From Oopsacas minuta (lineage: Eukaryota > Animalia > Porifera): a DNA stretch of 10,540 bases. The translations under genes were made by a program, and so were the position numbers. The DNA lies in contig JAKMXF010000165.1 of the NCBI GenBank assembly GCA_024704765.1, positions 1 through 10,540 of the forward strand, written 5' to 3'. This document shows, one piece after another, positions 1 to 9,167 of this stretch (its first letter is position 1; every line of letters starts with the position of its first letter). The notes below the pieces were generated by a model. That model worked only from the letters and a program-made list of their open reading frames with translations, was not told the DNA's origin and did not search any database.

Positions 1-274
1 TCTGAGTCATTCCACCCAATACCATTCCTACTGCCCTGCTTCTTGTGGCGGAAGTAGCTTCTTTGACCATTATTATACGCTATAATTTGTACAATCGGGA
101 TTGATAATATACAAAATAGAAATTGGCATTCTGACTGAGAATGGTATACTAAAATTGTCTAAAACTGGTTGTTAAAATGAAATAAGAGTGGGTGTATTCC
201 ATAAGATTGAACACTGAAACTATGGTTACATTATTGTGGATTAAGTGATTAGGGCATCAATTCTTAACACCCTG
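1..274. mobile_element. Right-hand part of a non-coding Tc1/mariner-type element (probable MITE); TIR at 248-274 followed by TA (275-276)
   Basis: 248-274 ATTAGGGCATCAATTCTTAACACCCTG is the reverse complement of 10448-10475 CAGGGTGTTAAGAAATTGATGCCCTAAT apart from one A. Both ends abut TA. No recognisable coding sequence in 1-247. Confidence 0.8.
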
Positions 275-276
275 TA

Positions 277-326
277 TATTCTTTTTTGTCAAAATATCAA
301 CCGGCCAATACATATGGGTCACCCTG
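277..326 (+). mobile_element. 3' subterminal region and right TIR (301-326) of the DD37E element whose body lies at 9168-10447; TA at 327-328
   Basis: The reverse complement of 301-326 (CAGGGTGACCCATATGTATTGGCCGG) matches 9168-9193 (CAGGGTGTCCCATATGTATTGGTCGG) at 24/26. TA flanks both. Confidence 0.9.
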
Positions 327-499
327 TAGATGGCCTCCCAGCTCCCTTACGATGTTTAAGACCAACATTATGTTGTTTTTGACTTTACTCGATAAACCAT
401 TGCCACACTGACGCCAAGTTTCTTTAAAATCTGAACAACAGATAGACCAGAACTGATAAGTAATGTTTCTATCTGTAGTCTATTTCGCTGTTGATTCAT
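327..499 (-). pseudogene. N-terminal fragment of Tc1 transposase (first HTH and GRP linker), frameshifted, cut by the DD37E insertion
   Basis: Hand translation from the ATG at 499: MNQQRNRLQIETLLISSGLSVVQILKKLGVSVAMVYRVKSK / (frameshift) KQHNVGLKHRKGAGRPS. It ends at the TA (327-328) and continues in frame at 9165 (SLRLSVKRSV...). Too short for the ORF track. Confidence 0.8.
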
Positions 500-766
500 A
501 TCAAGGGATTACAAGCTAAAAATTAGAATATTTTGAATTTACAAGTTATTATTCAAGAATTGAAAGGAATGACGACGTAGTCAATAGATTCTTCATATAA
601 ATTAAACATTGAAGAATGCAATCTAAGTTGATAAATGGTCAAAATAGTTGGGAAAGCATATGTCTAACTAACTCTACATCATGTAAATGATAATGTAAAG
701 TATAATTGAAAGAAAATTGGTTCTTTAAGAATATATCGAAATTCTCAATAATTATGTTACAGACTG
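329..766 (-). mobile_element. 5' part of a Tc1 (DD34E) element: TIR at 740-766, upstream region, start of transposase; TA at 767-768
   Basis: The reverse complement of 740-766 (CAGTCTGTAACATAATTATTGAGAATT) matches 8262-8288 (CAGTCTGTAATATAATTATTGAGAATT) at 26/27. Confidence 0.9.
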
Positions 767-1969
767 TACTTAGTAAAGTATACCTTTGGAATTCTAAGTG
801 TTGTTATAGAAAAGGACAGTGAAACATTTCTATAGTTCTGCTATTCATTTCTAAATTGTCTCTACTGGATAACGATTGAAATGCTGTGTATAGAATGATA
901 ATCGTGTGTAGATGTTCTCATATTTGAAATATAGTGAAAATACTTTGTTTTGTATACCATCACAATTTTCTATGTTGAAATATGAAAATGACTAAGAAAA
1001 GTTTGGATAATTTAACATATCATTTCCAATGTATTTGACAACGGATTGAATGAAATGCTGTGATAATACAATAATCGTGTGTCCATGTTCTCGCATGTGA
1101 AATTGAGTGACAATACTTTGTTTTGTATACTATCACAATTATCTGTGCAGAAATATGAAAATGACGATGAAAAGTTTGTAATGTTCTGCTGTGCTTTTCG
1201 AAATTGTTTCGTTTGGAAATTGAGTGAAATGCTACATATAATACAATATTCATGTGAACATGTTCTCATATTCGATATTGGGTGGGATATACTTAGGAAA
1301 GTATACTTTTATAATTTTCTGTGTTGAAATATGAAAATAAGGTTGAAATGTTTGTATAGTTCAATTGTTCAATTCTAAATATTTACTATTGAAATTGAGT
1401 GAAATACTATGCATAGAAGAATATTCGTGCAAACATGTTCCCACATTTGGAATTGAGTGGCAACTATTTGTTTAGTTTAGTTTCACAATTCTGTGTGGTG
1501 AAATTTGATATAGCCTGTTAAGTCTTGGTACAGTTAAGCAACAAATTTCGAAATTTATTGTTTTGATATTGAGTAAAATGATATAAATTGAGTATAATAC
1601 CAGCGAATACTTACTACCATTTGAAATTGAGTGACACAAAATGTATAATTCACTTTCACAATTTTGTGTGTGGATATCATGTAATGGCTGTGAAATGTTT
1701 GAAGAGTCCAGCTGTTAACAAATGCTGTGTTTGTTTCGGGACTTTGTGAAATCCTTAGTACAGAGCACTACACTAGTGAATAATTGCTGAAATTTGAAAT
1801 AGTGAGACAACTAATTGTTTCGCGTAGTTTCACAATTCTGTGTGTATAAATTTGAATTCGACATGTTTGAAGAGTTCAGGTATCAACAAATGCCTTGTTT
1901 GTTTTGGAATTTGTGAAATGCTGAGTATAGAGCAATATACTAGTGAATAATTAAAGAGATTTGAAATTG
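767..1969. repeat. Diverged ~174-bp tandem satellite (about 7 units), each unit made of three ~58-bp subunits
   Basis: A GAAATG(C)T anchor recurs at 878, 1052, 1226, 1401, 1575, 1748 and 1915 (spacings 174, 174, 175, 174, 173, 167). TTGAAATTGAGTG-like motifs occur roughly every 58 bp. Confidence 0.9.
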
Positions 1970-3711
1970 GGAATACCGACAATTCGCACCTAATTTGCTT
2001 GGTTAATTGATTCCGAATATGATTTTTAGCATTGTATTATCAATTTTTGTTGTTATTTATGTACTTAAAGCCAAGAAATTTTAAAAGGTTCATATACTTT
2101 CAACGGCTACAGAGGTAATCGAGTGTTAGAATAGCATATCGTGAATATTCGACTTAGAGTGTGACTTTCAAAGCACACATAGGATACTTAGTAATACATA
2201 ACATAAATTATCGGTTGATTAGGAGTAACCTGGGTGCCCGAAAGGTGCCTAATGAGGACGCTTCGTCTCCGCAACCGCGTACCGCAAGGAAGAGTAGCTT
2301 ACTTGTATATGTTGAATTTTTGAACTATACAAGTAGTAAAGTATGGATGGCACAATCTGTAATCAAAACTTTACCCATACATTTGGAAAAAATATAAATA
2401 AAATCATTCCGGATTTATCATAATACAATTTGAAGCTGTTCTTCGATGGAAAATCTTTCTTATATTTCCCCACATTAAGCTGGCCTAACTCTTCATCATG
2501 TGCGTAGGCAGACTGCAGCCCTACAGACTGCACATGTCGCCAGATATTCTGTGTGAGGTGGATACAGTAGGCGGATCTGTTCCCACATCCTCAGGTAGGC
2601 AGTCTACGTCTTGTTGGGCAATAGCACGAACAGGCTCGGTAACAAATGACCGGTCTTCATAGGATCATCTCCTCCGCGGAGTCCATGCACCACATACACC
2701 TGGCAAAGAGGGGAGGTGCCGTCTTGGAGGTACCCATTAGGTAGCCAGATCTTGCTTCGCTGCAGCATCCCGAGGTTGTGTTGTGTTCCGAAGATGATGA
2801 ATCTGTGTACATCGTCTGCGCCAGAGTCGTAGAGTGAGAACTGTTCTCCCTTGGCTGTCTGCTGGTAGACTGCTGGTAGAGCTAGCTCTGCTAGAGTGCT
2901 AGGCTGTGCTGGAGCTGCAAATACACTAGCACGTTGGCGTTGTATCGTCCGCTTCAGGCTGTCCAGTTTGGGGAGTTTAGCAGCAGTACCCTCTGATGCT
3001 GTTTGCAAACTCGCGCCCACTATGTGGTGTGTGCTATCCTGGGACTCCCATGCTTTCCTCTTCATGCCTGCCTTCGCTTTACAACAGTCCGCTACCTGCT
3101 CGTCAGGCCCATGGGAGTGCTCATTCTTGCGCTTGACTATCACCATCCCTTTGGTATGAACTCTAGCTTTGCAGACCCCTCTTTGCTCGCACAACCAATG
3201 TGTCACATCTCCACCTCTCTTCTGCACTCCAAATAAATATCCATCCTCCGACAGCTTGTCTCCTCCTCTTTGTGACTTGATCAGCCTAAAGGTCGGCTGA
3301 TCAAGAGGTTCGCCATTAGTAGAGTTATAAAATTTCAAAGACAAAGGTATTGATTGGTAATGAGAAAACGAATCTGAGTTTGAACTAGATCATTTTATAT
3401 TTATGTCCGAGGATTGCAAATATCACAGGTGATCACATCCTGTTTACTACATCCTAAGAGTATTTCCTTCGTGTGTGTTTACTTAACACATATTATAGCA
3501 ATCTTTGGAATTTATATCATTAAATGGAATCATGGAATCATGTCATCTAAAATTAGAATTATCTATCCAATTAAGACTTTCCGTGTGCAGATATAACTAT
3601 TAGAAAATTGATTATTTATGTGTGCTTAGATTAAATTAATTAACTAATATCATATCTTATTGACCAATCAAATTAGGTACGAATTGTCGTGGTGCGAATC
3701 GTCGGTATCTG
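1970..3711 (-). mobile_element. Mutator-like element (MULE), 1742 bp, internally deleted and non-autonomous, with a 9-bp TSD TTGAAATTG (1961-1969 and 3712-3720)
   Basis: Left end is GGAATACCGACAATTCGCACCTAATTTGCTTGGTTAAT. The reverse complement of the right end is CAGATACCGACGATTCGCACC-ACGACAATTCGTACC-TAATTTGATTGGTCAAT, with one extra 15-bp subterminal repeat. The 9-bp flanking duplication is perfect, and removing the element restores a normal satellite unit. A 9-bp TSD is typical of MULEs. Confidence 0.92.
2486..3316 (-). pseudogene. FLYWCH zinc-finger + MULE transposase pseudogene (truncated, frameshifted)
   Basis: ORF 2604..3344 contains the FLYWCH-type pattern DGYLF..QK..THWLCEQRGVCKARVHT...NEHSH, then MULE-typical SLKRTIQRQR, QF.LYDSG, RFIIFGT, QVYVVHG and LFVLLPNKT. 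The DGTF motif is damaged (NG, plus compensating +1/-1 shifts masking T.KTAPPLFAQVY). There is a stop at 2604-2606, then a deletion removing the DFE...GCFF segment, then HLTQNIWRHVQSVGLQSAYAHDEEL (2560-2486) in another frame. No C-terminal catalytic E region was found. The probable native ATG is at 3316; the ORF-track start is a TTG. Confidence 0.9.
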
Positions 3712-4500
3712 TTGAAATTGTGTGACAACAATTTGTTTAGTGTACATTCACAATTCTGTGTGTGGATATTATATATTAGCTGTAAAATGTTTGAAGAGTT
3801 GAGTTATGAACAAATTCTTTGTTTGGTTTGGAACTTTTTGAAAAGCTAAGTATAGAGCACTACACTAGTGAATAATTGCTGAAATTTGAAATTGTGAGAC
3901 AACTAATTGTTTGGCGTAGTTTCACAATTATGTGTGTTTAAATTTGAATTAACTGTGGAATGTTTGAAGAGTTCAGATATTAACAAATGCCTTGTTTGTT
4001 TAGGAATTTTGTGAAATGCTGAGTATAGAGCAATATACAAGTGAATAATTGTAGAGATTTGAAATGGTGCTACAACTATTTGTTTAGTGCGCTTTCACAA
4101 TTCTGGGTGTGGATATTATATATTGGCTGTGAAATGTTTCAAGAGTTCAACTGTTAATAAATCGTTTGTTTGTCTCGCAATTTTGTGAAATGCTTAGTAT
4201 AGAGCACTACACTAGTGAATATTTGCTGACATTTGAAAGTGTATGACAACTATTTGTTTAGTGTACATTCAAATTTCTGTGTGGATATTATACATTGGAT
4301 GTAAATGTTTGAAGAGTTTAGCTATGAACAAATGCTTTGTTTAGTTTGGAATTTCGTGAAATGCTAAGTATAGAGCAATATGCTAGTGAATAATTGCAAA
4401 CATTTAAATCGGGAGACTACTATTTGTTTGGTGTATTTTCACAAGTCTGTGTGCGGATATTATATATCGGATGTGAAATGTTTGAAGAGTACAGCTGTTG
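3712..4500. repeat. Continuation of the ~174-bp satellite (about 4.5 units)
   Basis: Unit starts at about 3712, 3886, 4059, 4233 and 4404. Shared blocks are ATGTTTGAAGAG and GTATAGAGCACTACACTAGTGAATAATTG, also seen at 1621-1969. Confidence 0.92.
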
Positions 4501-4542
4501 ACAGCAGAACTCTTCAAACATTCCACAGACAATATAGAATAT
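4457..4542. repeat. Fold-back inverted repeat at the boundary between the 174-bp and 59-bp arrays
   Basis: 4472-4490 TGTGAAATGTTTGAAGAGT versus 4509-4527 ACTCTTCAAACATTCCACA is 18/19 complementary. Pairing extends imperfectly to 4457/4542. The centre GCTGT-TG-ACAGC is itself a mini-palindrome. Confidence 0.9.
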
Positions 4543-4547
4543 AGTGT

Positions 4548-7500
4548 TGACATTTAAAACCTAATAACAATACTTTGCATAGTATACTATGTAATTTGTG
4601 TGTGTTGAAATTTGAAATTGAGTGACAATAAGTCTATTCAGTGTGCTTTATCATTCATTTGGGTTAACATTTGAAATTGAGTAACAATAATTCTATTAAG
4701 TGTGGTTTAATAACTGCTTGTGTTAACATTTGAAATTGAGTGACAAATTTCCATTAAGTGTGCTTTATGCCAGTCTGGTGTTGATTTTTCAAAGTCAGTG
4801 ACAATAATTCTATTAAGTTTGCTTTAACAATTACTTGTGTTGAAATTTGAAATGAGTGACAATATGTCTATTTAGTGTGCTTTATCATATATTTGAGTTG
4901 ACATTTGAAATTGAGTGGCAATAAGTCTATTCAGTGTGCTTTATCATATATTTGTGTTGACATTTGAAATTGAGTGACAATAAGTAAATTCAGTGTGCTT
5001 TAGCATTTATTTGTGTTAACATTTGAAATTGAGTGACAATAATTCTATTAAGTGTGCTTTAATAATTGCTTGATTAAACATTTGAAATTGAGTGACAAAT
5101 TTCCATCAAGTGTGCTTTATGCCAGTCTTGTGTTGATTTTTCAAAGTTAGTGACAATAATTCTATTAAGTTTGCTTTAACAATTACTTGTGTTAACATTT
5201 GAAAATGAGTGACAATAAGTCTATTTAGTGGGCTTTATCATTTATTTGAGTTGACATTTGAAATTGAGTGGCAATAATTCTATTAAATGTGCTGTAACAA
5301 TTACTTGTGTCAACCTTTGAAATTGAGTGACAATAATTCTATTAAGTGTAGTTTATCAATCATTTGTGTTGCCAATTGAAATTGAGTGACAATAATTCTA
5401 TTAAGTCTAGTTTATCAATCATTTGTGTTGCCAATTGAAATTGAGCGACAATAATTCTATTAATTGTGCTGTAACAATTACTTGTGTCAACCTTTGAAAT
5501 TGAGTGACAATAATTCTATTAAGTGTAGTTTATCAATCATTTGTGTTGCCAATTGAAATTAAGTGACAATAAGTCCACTCAGTGTTCTTTATCATATAAT
5601 TGTGTTAACATTTGAAATTGAGTGACAATAGTTCTATTAAGTATGCTTTAACAATTGCTTGTGTTAACATTTGAAATTGAGTGACAATAATTCTATTAAG
5701 TGTACTTTATCAATCATTTGTGTTGACAATTGAAATTGAGTAACAATAAGTCTATTCAGTGTGCTTTATCATTTATTTGTGTTAACATTTGAAATTGAGT
5801 AACAATAACTCTATTAAGTGTTCTTTATCATATATTTGTGTTAACATTTGAAATTGAGTAACAATAATTCTATTAAGTTTGCTTCAACAATTACTTTTGT
5901 TAACATTTGAAATTGAGTGACAAATTTCTATTAAATGTGCTTTATCCCAGCCTTGTGTTGATGTTTCAAATTCAGTGACAATAATTCTATTAAGTTTGCT
6001 TTAACAATTCCCTCTGTTAACATTTGAAAATGAGTGACAATAAGTCTATTTAGTGTGCTTTATCATATATTTGTGTGGACATTTGAAATTGAGTGACAAT
6101 AAGTAAATTCTTTGTGCTTTAGCATCTATTTGTGTTAACATTTGAAATTGAGTGACAATAATTCTATTATGTGTGCTTTAATAATTGCTTGATTAAACAT
6201 TTGAAATTGAGTGACAAATTTCCATTAAGTGTGCTTTATGCCAGTCTTGTGTTGATTTTTCAAAGTTAGTGACAATAATTCTATTAGGTTTGCTTTAACA
6301 ATTACTTGTGTTAACATTTAAAATGAGTGAAAATAAGTCTATTTAGTGGTCTTTATCATTTATTTGAGTTGACATTTGAAATTGAGTGGCAATAATTCTA
6401 TTAAGTGTGAATTAACAATTACTTGTGTCAACATTTGAAATTGAGTGATAATAATTCTATTCAGTGTGCTTTATCATTTATTTGTGTTAACATTTGAAAT
6501 TGAGTGACAATAAGTCTATTCAGTGTGCTTTATCATTTATTTGTGTTAACATTTGAAATTGAGTGACAATAAGTCTATTCAGTGTGCTTTATCATTTATT
6601 TGTGTTAACATTTGAAATTGAGCGACAATAATTCTATTAAGTGTGCTGTAACAATTACTTGTGTTAACATTTGAAATTGAGTGACAATAATTCTATTAAG
6701 TGTGCTTTATCATATATTTCTGTTGACATTTGAAATAGAGCGACAATATTTCTATTAAGTGTGCATTAACAATTACTTGGGTCAACATTTGAAATTGAGT
6801 GAAAATAATTCTATTAAGTGTACTTTATCAATCAGTTGTGTTGACAATTGAAAATGAGTGACAATAAGTCTATTCAGTGTGGTTTCAATTTATTTGTGTT
6901 AACATTTGAAATAGAGTGACAATAATTCTATTAAGTGTACTTATCAATCATTTGTGTTGACAATTGAAATTGAGTGACAACAAGTCTATTCAGTGTTCTT
7001 TATCATATATTTGTGTTAACATTTGAAATAGAGTGACAATAATTCTATTAAGTCTACTTATCAATCATTTGTGTTGACAATTGAAATTGAGTGACAATAA
7101 GTCCATTCAGTGGTCTTTATCATATATTTGTGTTACTAATTGCAATTGAGTAAAAATATTTCTATTAAGTGTGCTTTATCATATATTTCTGTTGACATTT
7201 GAAATTGAGTGACAACAAGTCTATTCAGTGTTCTTTATCATATATTTGTGTTAACATTTGAAATAGAGTGACAATAATTCTATTAAGTGTACTTATCAAT
7301 CAGTTGTGTTGACATTTGAAATTGAGTGACAATAATTTTATTTACTTCACTTTATCAATCATTTGTGTTGACAATTGAAATTGAGTGACAATAAGTCCAT
7401 TCAGTGTTCTTTATCATATATTTGTGTTACTAATTGCAATTGAGTAACAATATTTCTATTAAGTGTGCTTTATCATATATTTCTGTTAACATTTGAAATT

Positions 7501-7668
7501 GAGTGACAATAATTCTATTAAGTGTACTTTATCAATCAGTTGTGTTGACAATTGAAATTGAGTGACAATAATTATATTTACTTCACTTTATCAATCATTT
7601 GTGTTGACAATTGAAATTGAGTGACAATAAGTCCATTCAGTGTTCTTTATCATATATTTGTGTTAACA
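4548..7668. repeat. 59-bp tandem satellite/minisatellite, about 52 units, consensus close to CATTTGAAATTGAGTGACAATAAKTCTATTMAGTGTGCTTTAWCAWTTAYTTGTGTTAA
   Basis: Unit starts at 4611, 4670, 4729 and onward. In 6481-6620 the motif shifts one base per 60-nt line, i.e. period 59. Several recurrent variant types are present. The array ends at the N. Confidence 0.97.
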
Positions 7669-7669
7669 N
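7669..7669. other. Single N: probable assembly gap/scaffold join
   Basis: It is the only ambiguous base, and the 59-bp array stops exactly here with unrelated sequence following. Confidence 0.75.
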
Positions 7670-7824
7670 AAATTTATCGAAAAAATTTGTGTGGGAAATA
7701 TTTTTTGACAACAGAATCGGATTCTACGCAAAATTCTACACAAGAATCATGAAAAATCTCAAGGACCTCGTTTTTTCGATCAATATGATTTTCTGAGAGA
7801 CCGGTGGGTTCAGCTGATCACTTA
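7670..7824. other. Unassigned non-satellite segment, possibly a relic of a non-autonomous DNA transposon
   Basis: Unrelated to the satellite. CAGAATCGGATTCTACGCAAAATT resembles internal motifs I recall from invertebrate non-autonomous DNA elements. No partner TIR or TSD is visible. Confidence 0.25.
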
Positions 7825-8261
7825 GAATTTGTTTCTATGAGAAATTGAGTGAAATGTTGTGTATAGAACAATATTCTAGGTAATATGTTCGGATATTTCA
7901 AATTCAGTGTCCATTCTTTGTATTGTATGCTTTCACAATTCTTTGTGGTGATAATTGGAAATGTCTCTAAATGTTGCGTATTTCAGCTTCTCGTTTCCAA
8001 ATTGTGTCCATTAGAAATTGAATGAAATGCTGTGTATAGAAAAACATTCTACTGAAAATGTTCTCACATTTAACTTTGAGTGAGAATATTTTATAAAGCA
8101 AACTTTCACAATTCTCAGTGTTGTAATTTGAAAATGACTGAGAAATCTTGTATAGTTCAGCTTTTCACCACCAATGTAACCGATAGGGAGTTGAGTGAAA
8201 TACTGTGTATAGTACAATATTCGTATGGACATGTTCTCATATTGGATATTGGGGAGACATG
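7825..8261. repeat. ~174-bp satellite (about 2.5 units) of the same variant type as 767-1450
   Basis: GAAAT anchors at 7851, 8024 and 8197 (173, 173). Shares GAAATGCTGTGTATAGAA and CATGTTCTCATATT with 878-1270. Confidence 0.9.
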
Positions 8262-9167
8262 CAGTCTGTAATATAATTATTGAGAATTATTCAATGAGCT
8301 AGAACAGAATCAATTTTCCTGAAATGAGTCTAATTCATGTGATTTTGGTTCAAAAAACATCACTAGTTGATAATTTATAGCAAAAGCACCAGATTCTATT
8401 ACCATCTGGCATCTGTGTGGCATCGCGGATCACAATGTGGTTTTAGAAATTAAGGGGTTATCCTTTCCCATAGAATTTCAAGCATCTTCCTTAGCTCTGA
8501 AATTGTTCTAAGAGCCAATTTTATAAGTTCTCGTTTTACCCAACTGAAAACATTTTCTATTGGGTTGATATCGGGGCTCTGACAAGGCCAAGGAAGATGA
8601 TTCGGGATGTTCTGAACAAGATATGTCTTGACAAGTTTAGAGGTGTACTTTGGGTCGTTGTCCATGACAAGACGCCATTCATTTTGGTGGAAGATTTCTG
8701 CCTGAGTTAACAAATCCCCTTCTAGAATATCAACAAACATTTGACTGTTCATGTTTTGGTGAAAATACATAGAGGAAATGTTCCCATTGAACTGAACCCC
8801 GCCCAAACATTGATCTTTGGAGAATGCTTAGTTGTCGGGACTATTCGTTTCTGGCCTGATTTTGTCCACATTTTGATCCTTCCTCTAGCAGGCCAAATCG
8901 ACATTTCATCAATAAATACTGTTTGGTACCAGGCTTTCTTGGGATACCTGTACTTCTTAGCCCATTGCTGCTTTGCAAGTCGATTTTTCTCGCTAATCAT
9001 TGGTTTATTTGTCGGTTGATTTTGTTATAGTCAAGATCTTTCATCGCGCGCCAGACTGTTTCGTGTGAGGGTTTAACAGGTGCAAGTGATGCCAAAGTAC
9101 GAAAGAAAGATAGGGCTTACGTCTGGTCTGTTGAGTAACGCTTCTCTTAACAGATAATCTTAGGCTA
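8262..9167 (-). mobile_element. 3' part of the Tc1 (DD34E) element with TIR at 8262-8288; interrupted at the TA 9166-9167 by the DD37E element
   Basis: The TIR pairs with 740-766. The flanking dinucleotide is TG (8260-8261), interpreted as a mutated TA. Reconstructed length is about 1.34 kb. Confidence 0.9.
8367..9167 (-). pseudogene. Tc1 transposase (DD34E) pseudogene: second HTH and DDE domain, several frameshifts and stops
   Basis: SLRLSVKRSVTQQTRRKPYLS / RTLASLAPVKPSHETVWRAMKDLDY / ORF 8749..9000 (WYQTVFIDE, KINVWAGFS) / ORF 8450..8806 (MDNDPKY...WPCQSPDINPIENVF, 34 residues between D and E) / MPHRCQMVIESGAFAINY. Confidence 0.93.

Noticed and set aside
1012-1327. ORFs 1012..1269, 1020..1253 and 1079..1327 as genes or a coding tandem repeat (174 bp = 58 codons)
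   Set aside because: They lie in the satellite. A unit I translated by hand has stops in all three minus-strand frames, no long ORFs appear elsewhere in the array, and unit lengths vary by non-triplet amounts.
2279-2296. GTACCGCAAGGAAGAG as a large-subunit rRNA fragment
   Set aside because: The resemblance is only about a dozen bases and the flanks do not continue as rRNA.
2896-3236. ORFs 2896..3159 and 3003..3236
   Set aside because: Antisense shadows of the GC-richer MULE transposase sequence.
2161-3596. ORFs 2161..2397 and 3414..3596 as MULE accessory or captured genes
   Set aside because: Short, no recognisable motif, and consistent with chance ORFs in subterminal DNA.
4548-7668. CRISPR array (conserved ATTTGAAATTGAGTGACAA block at regular spacing, resembling the ATTGAAA end of some CRISPR repeats)
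   Set aside because: The intervening segments are homologous variants of each other rather than unique spacers. No cas genes are present and the context is eukaryotic.
7611-7796. ORF 7611..7796
   Set aside because: It starts in the satellite and crosses the N, so it is a chimeric artefact.
8011-8271. ORFs 8011..8232 and 8080..8271; the latter resembles ORF 1079..1327
   Set aside because: The peptide similarity simply reflects the shared DNA repeat.
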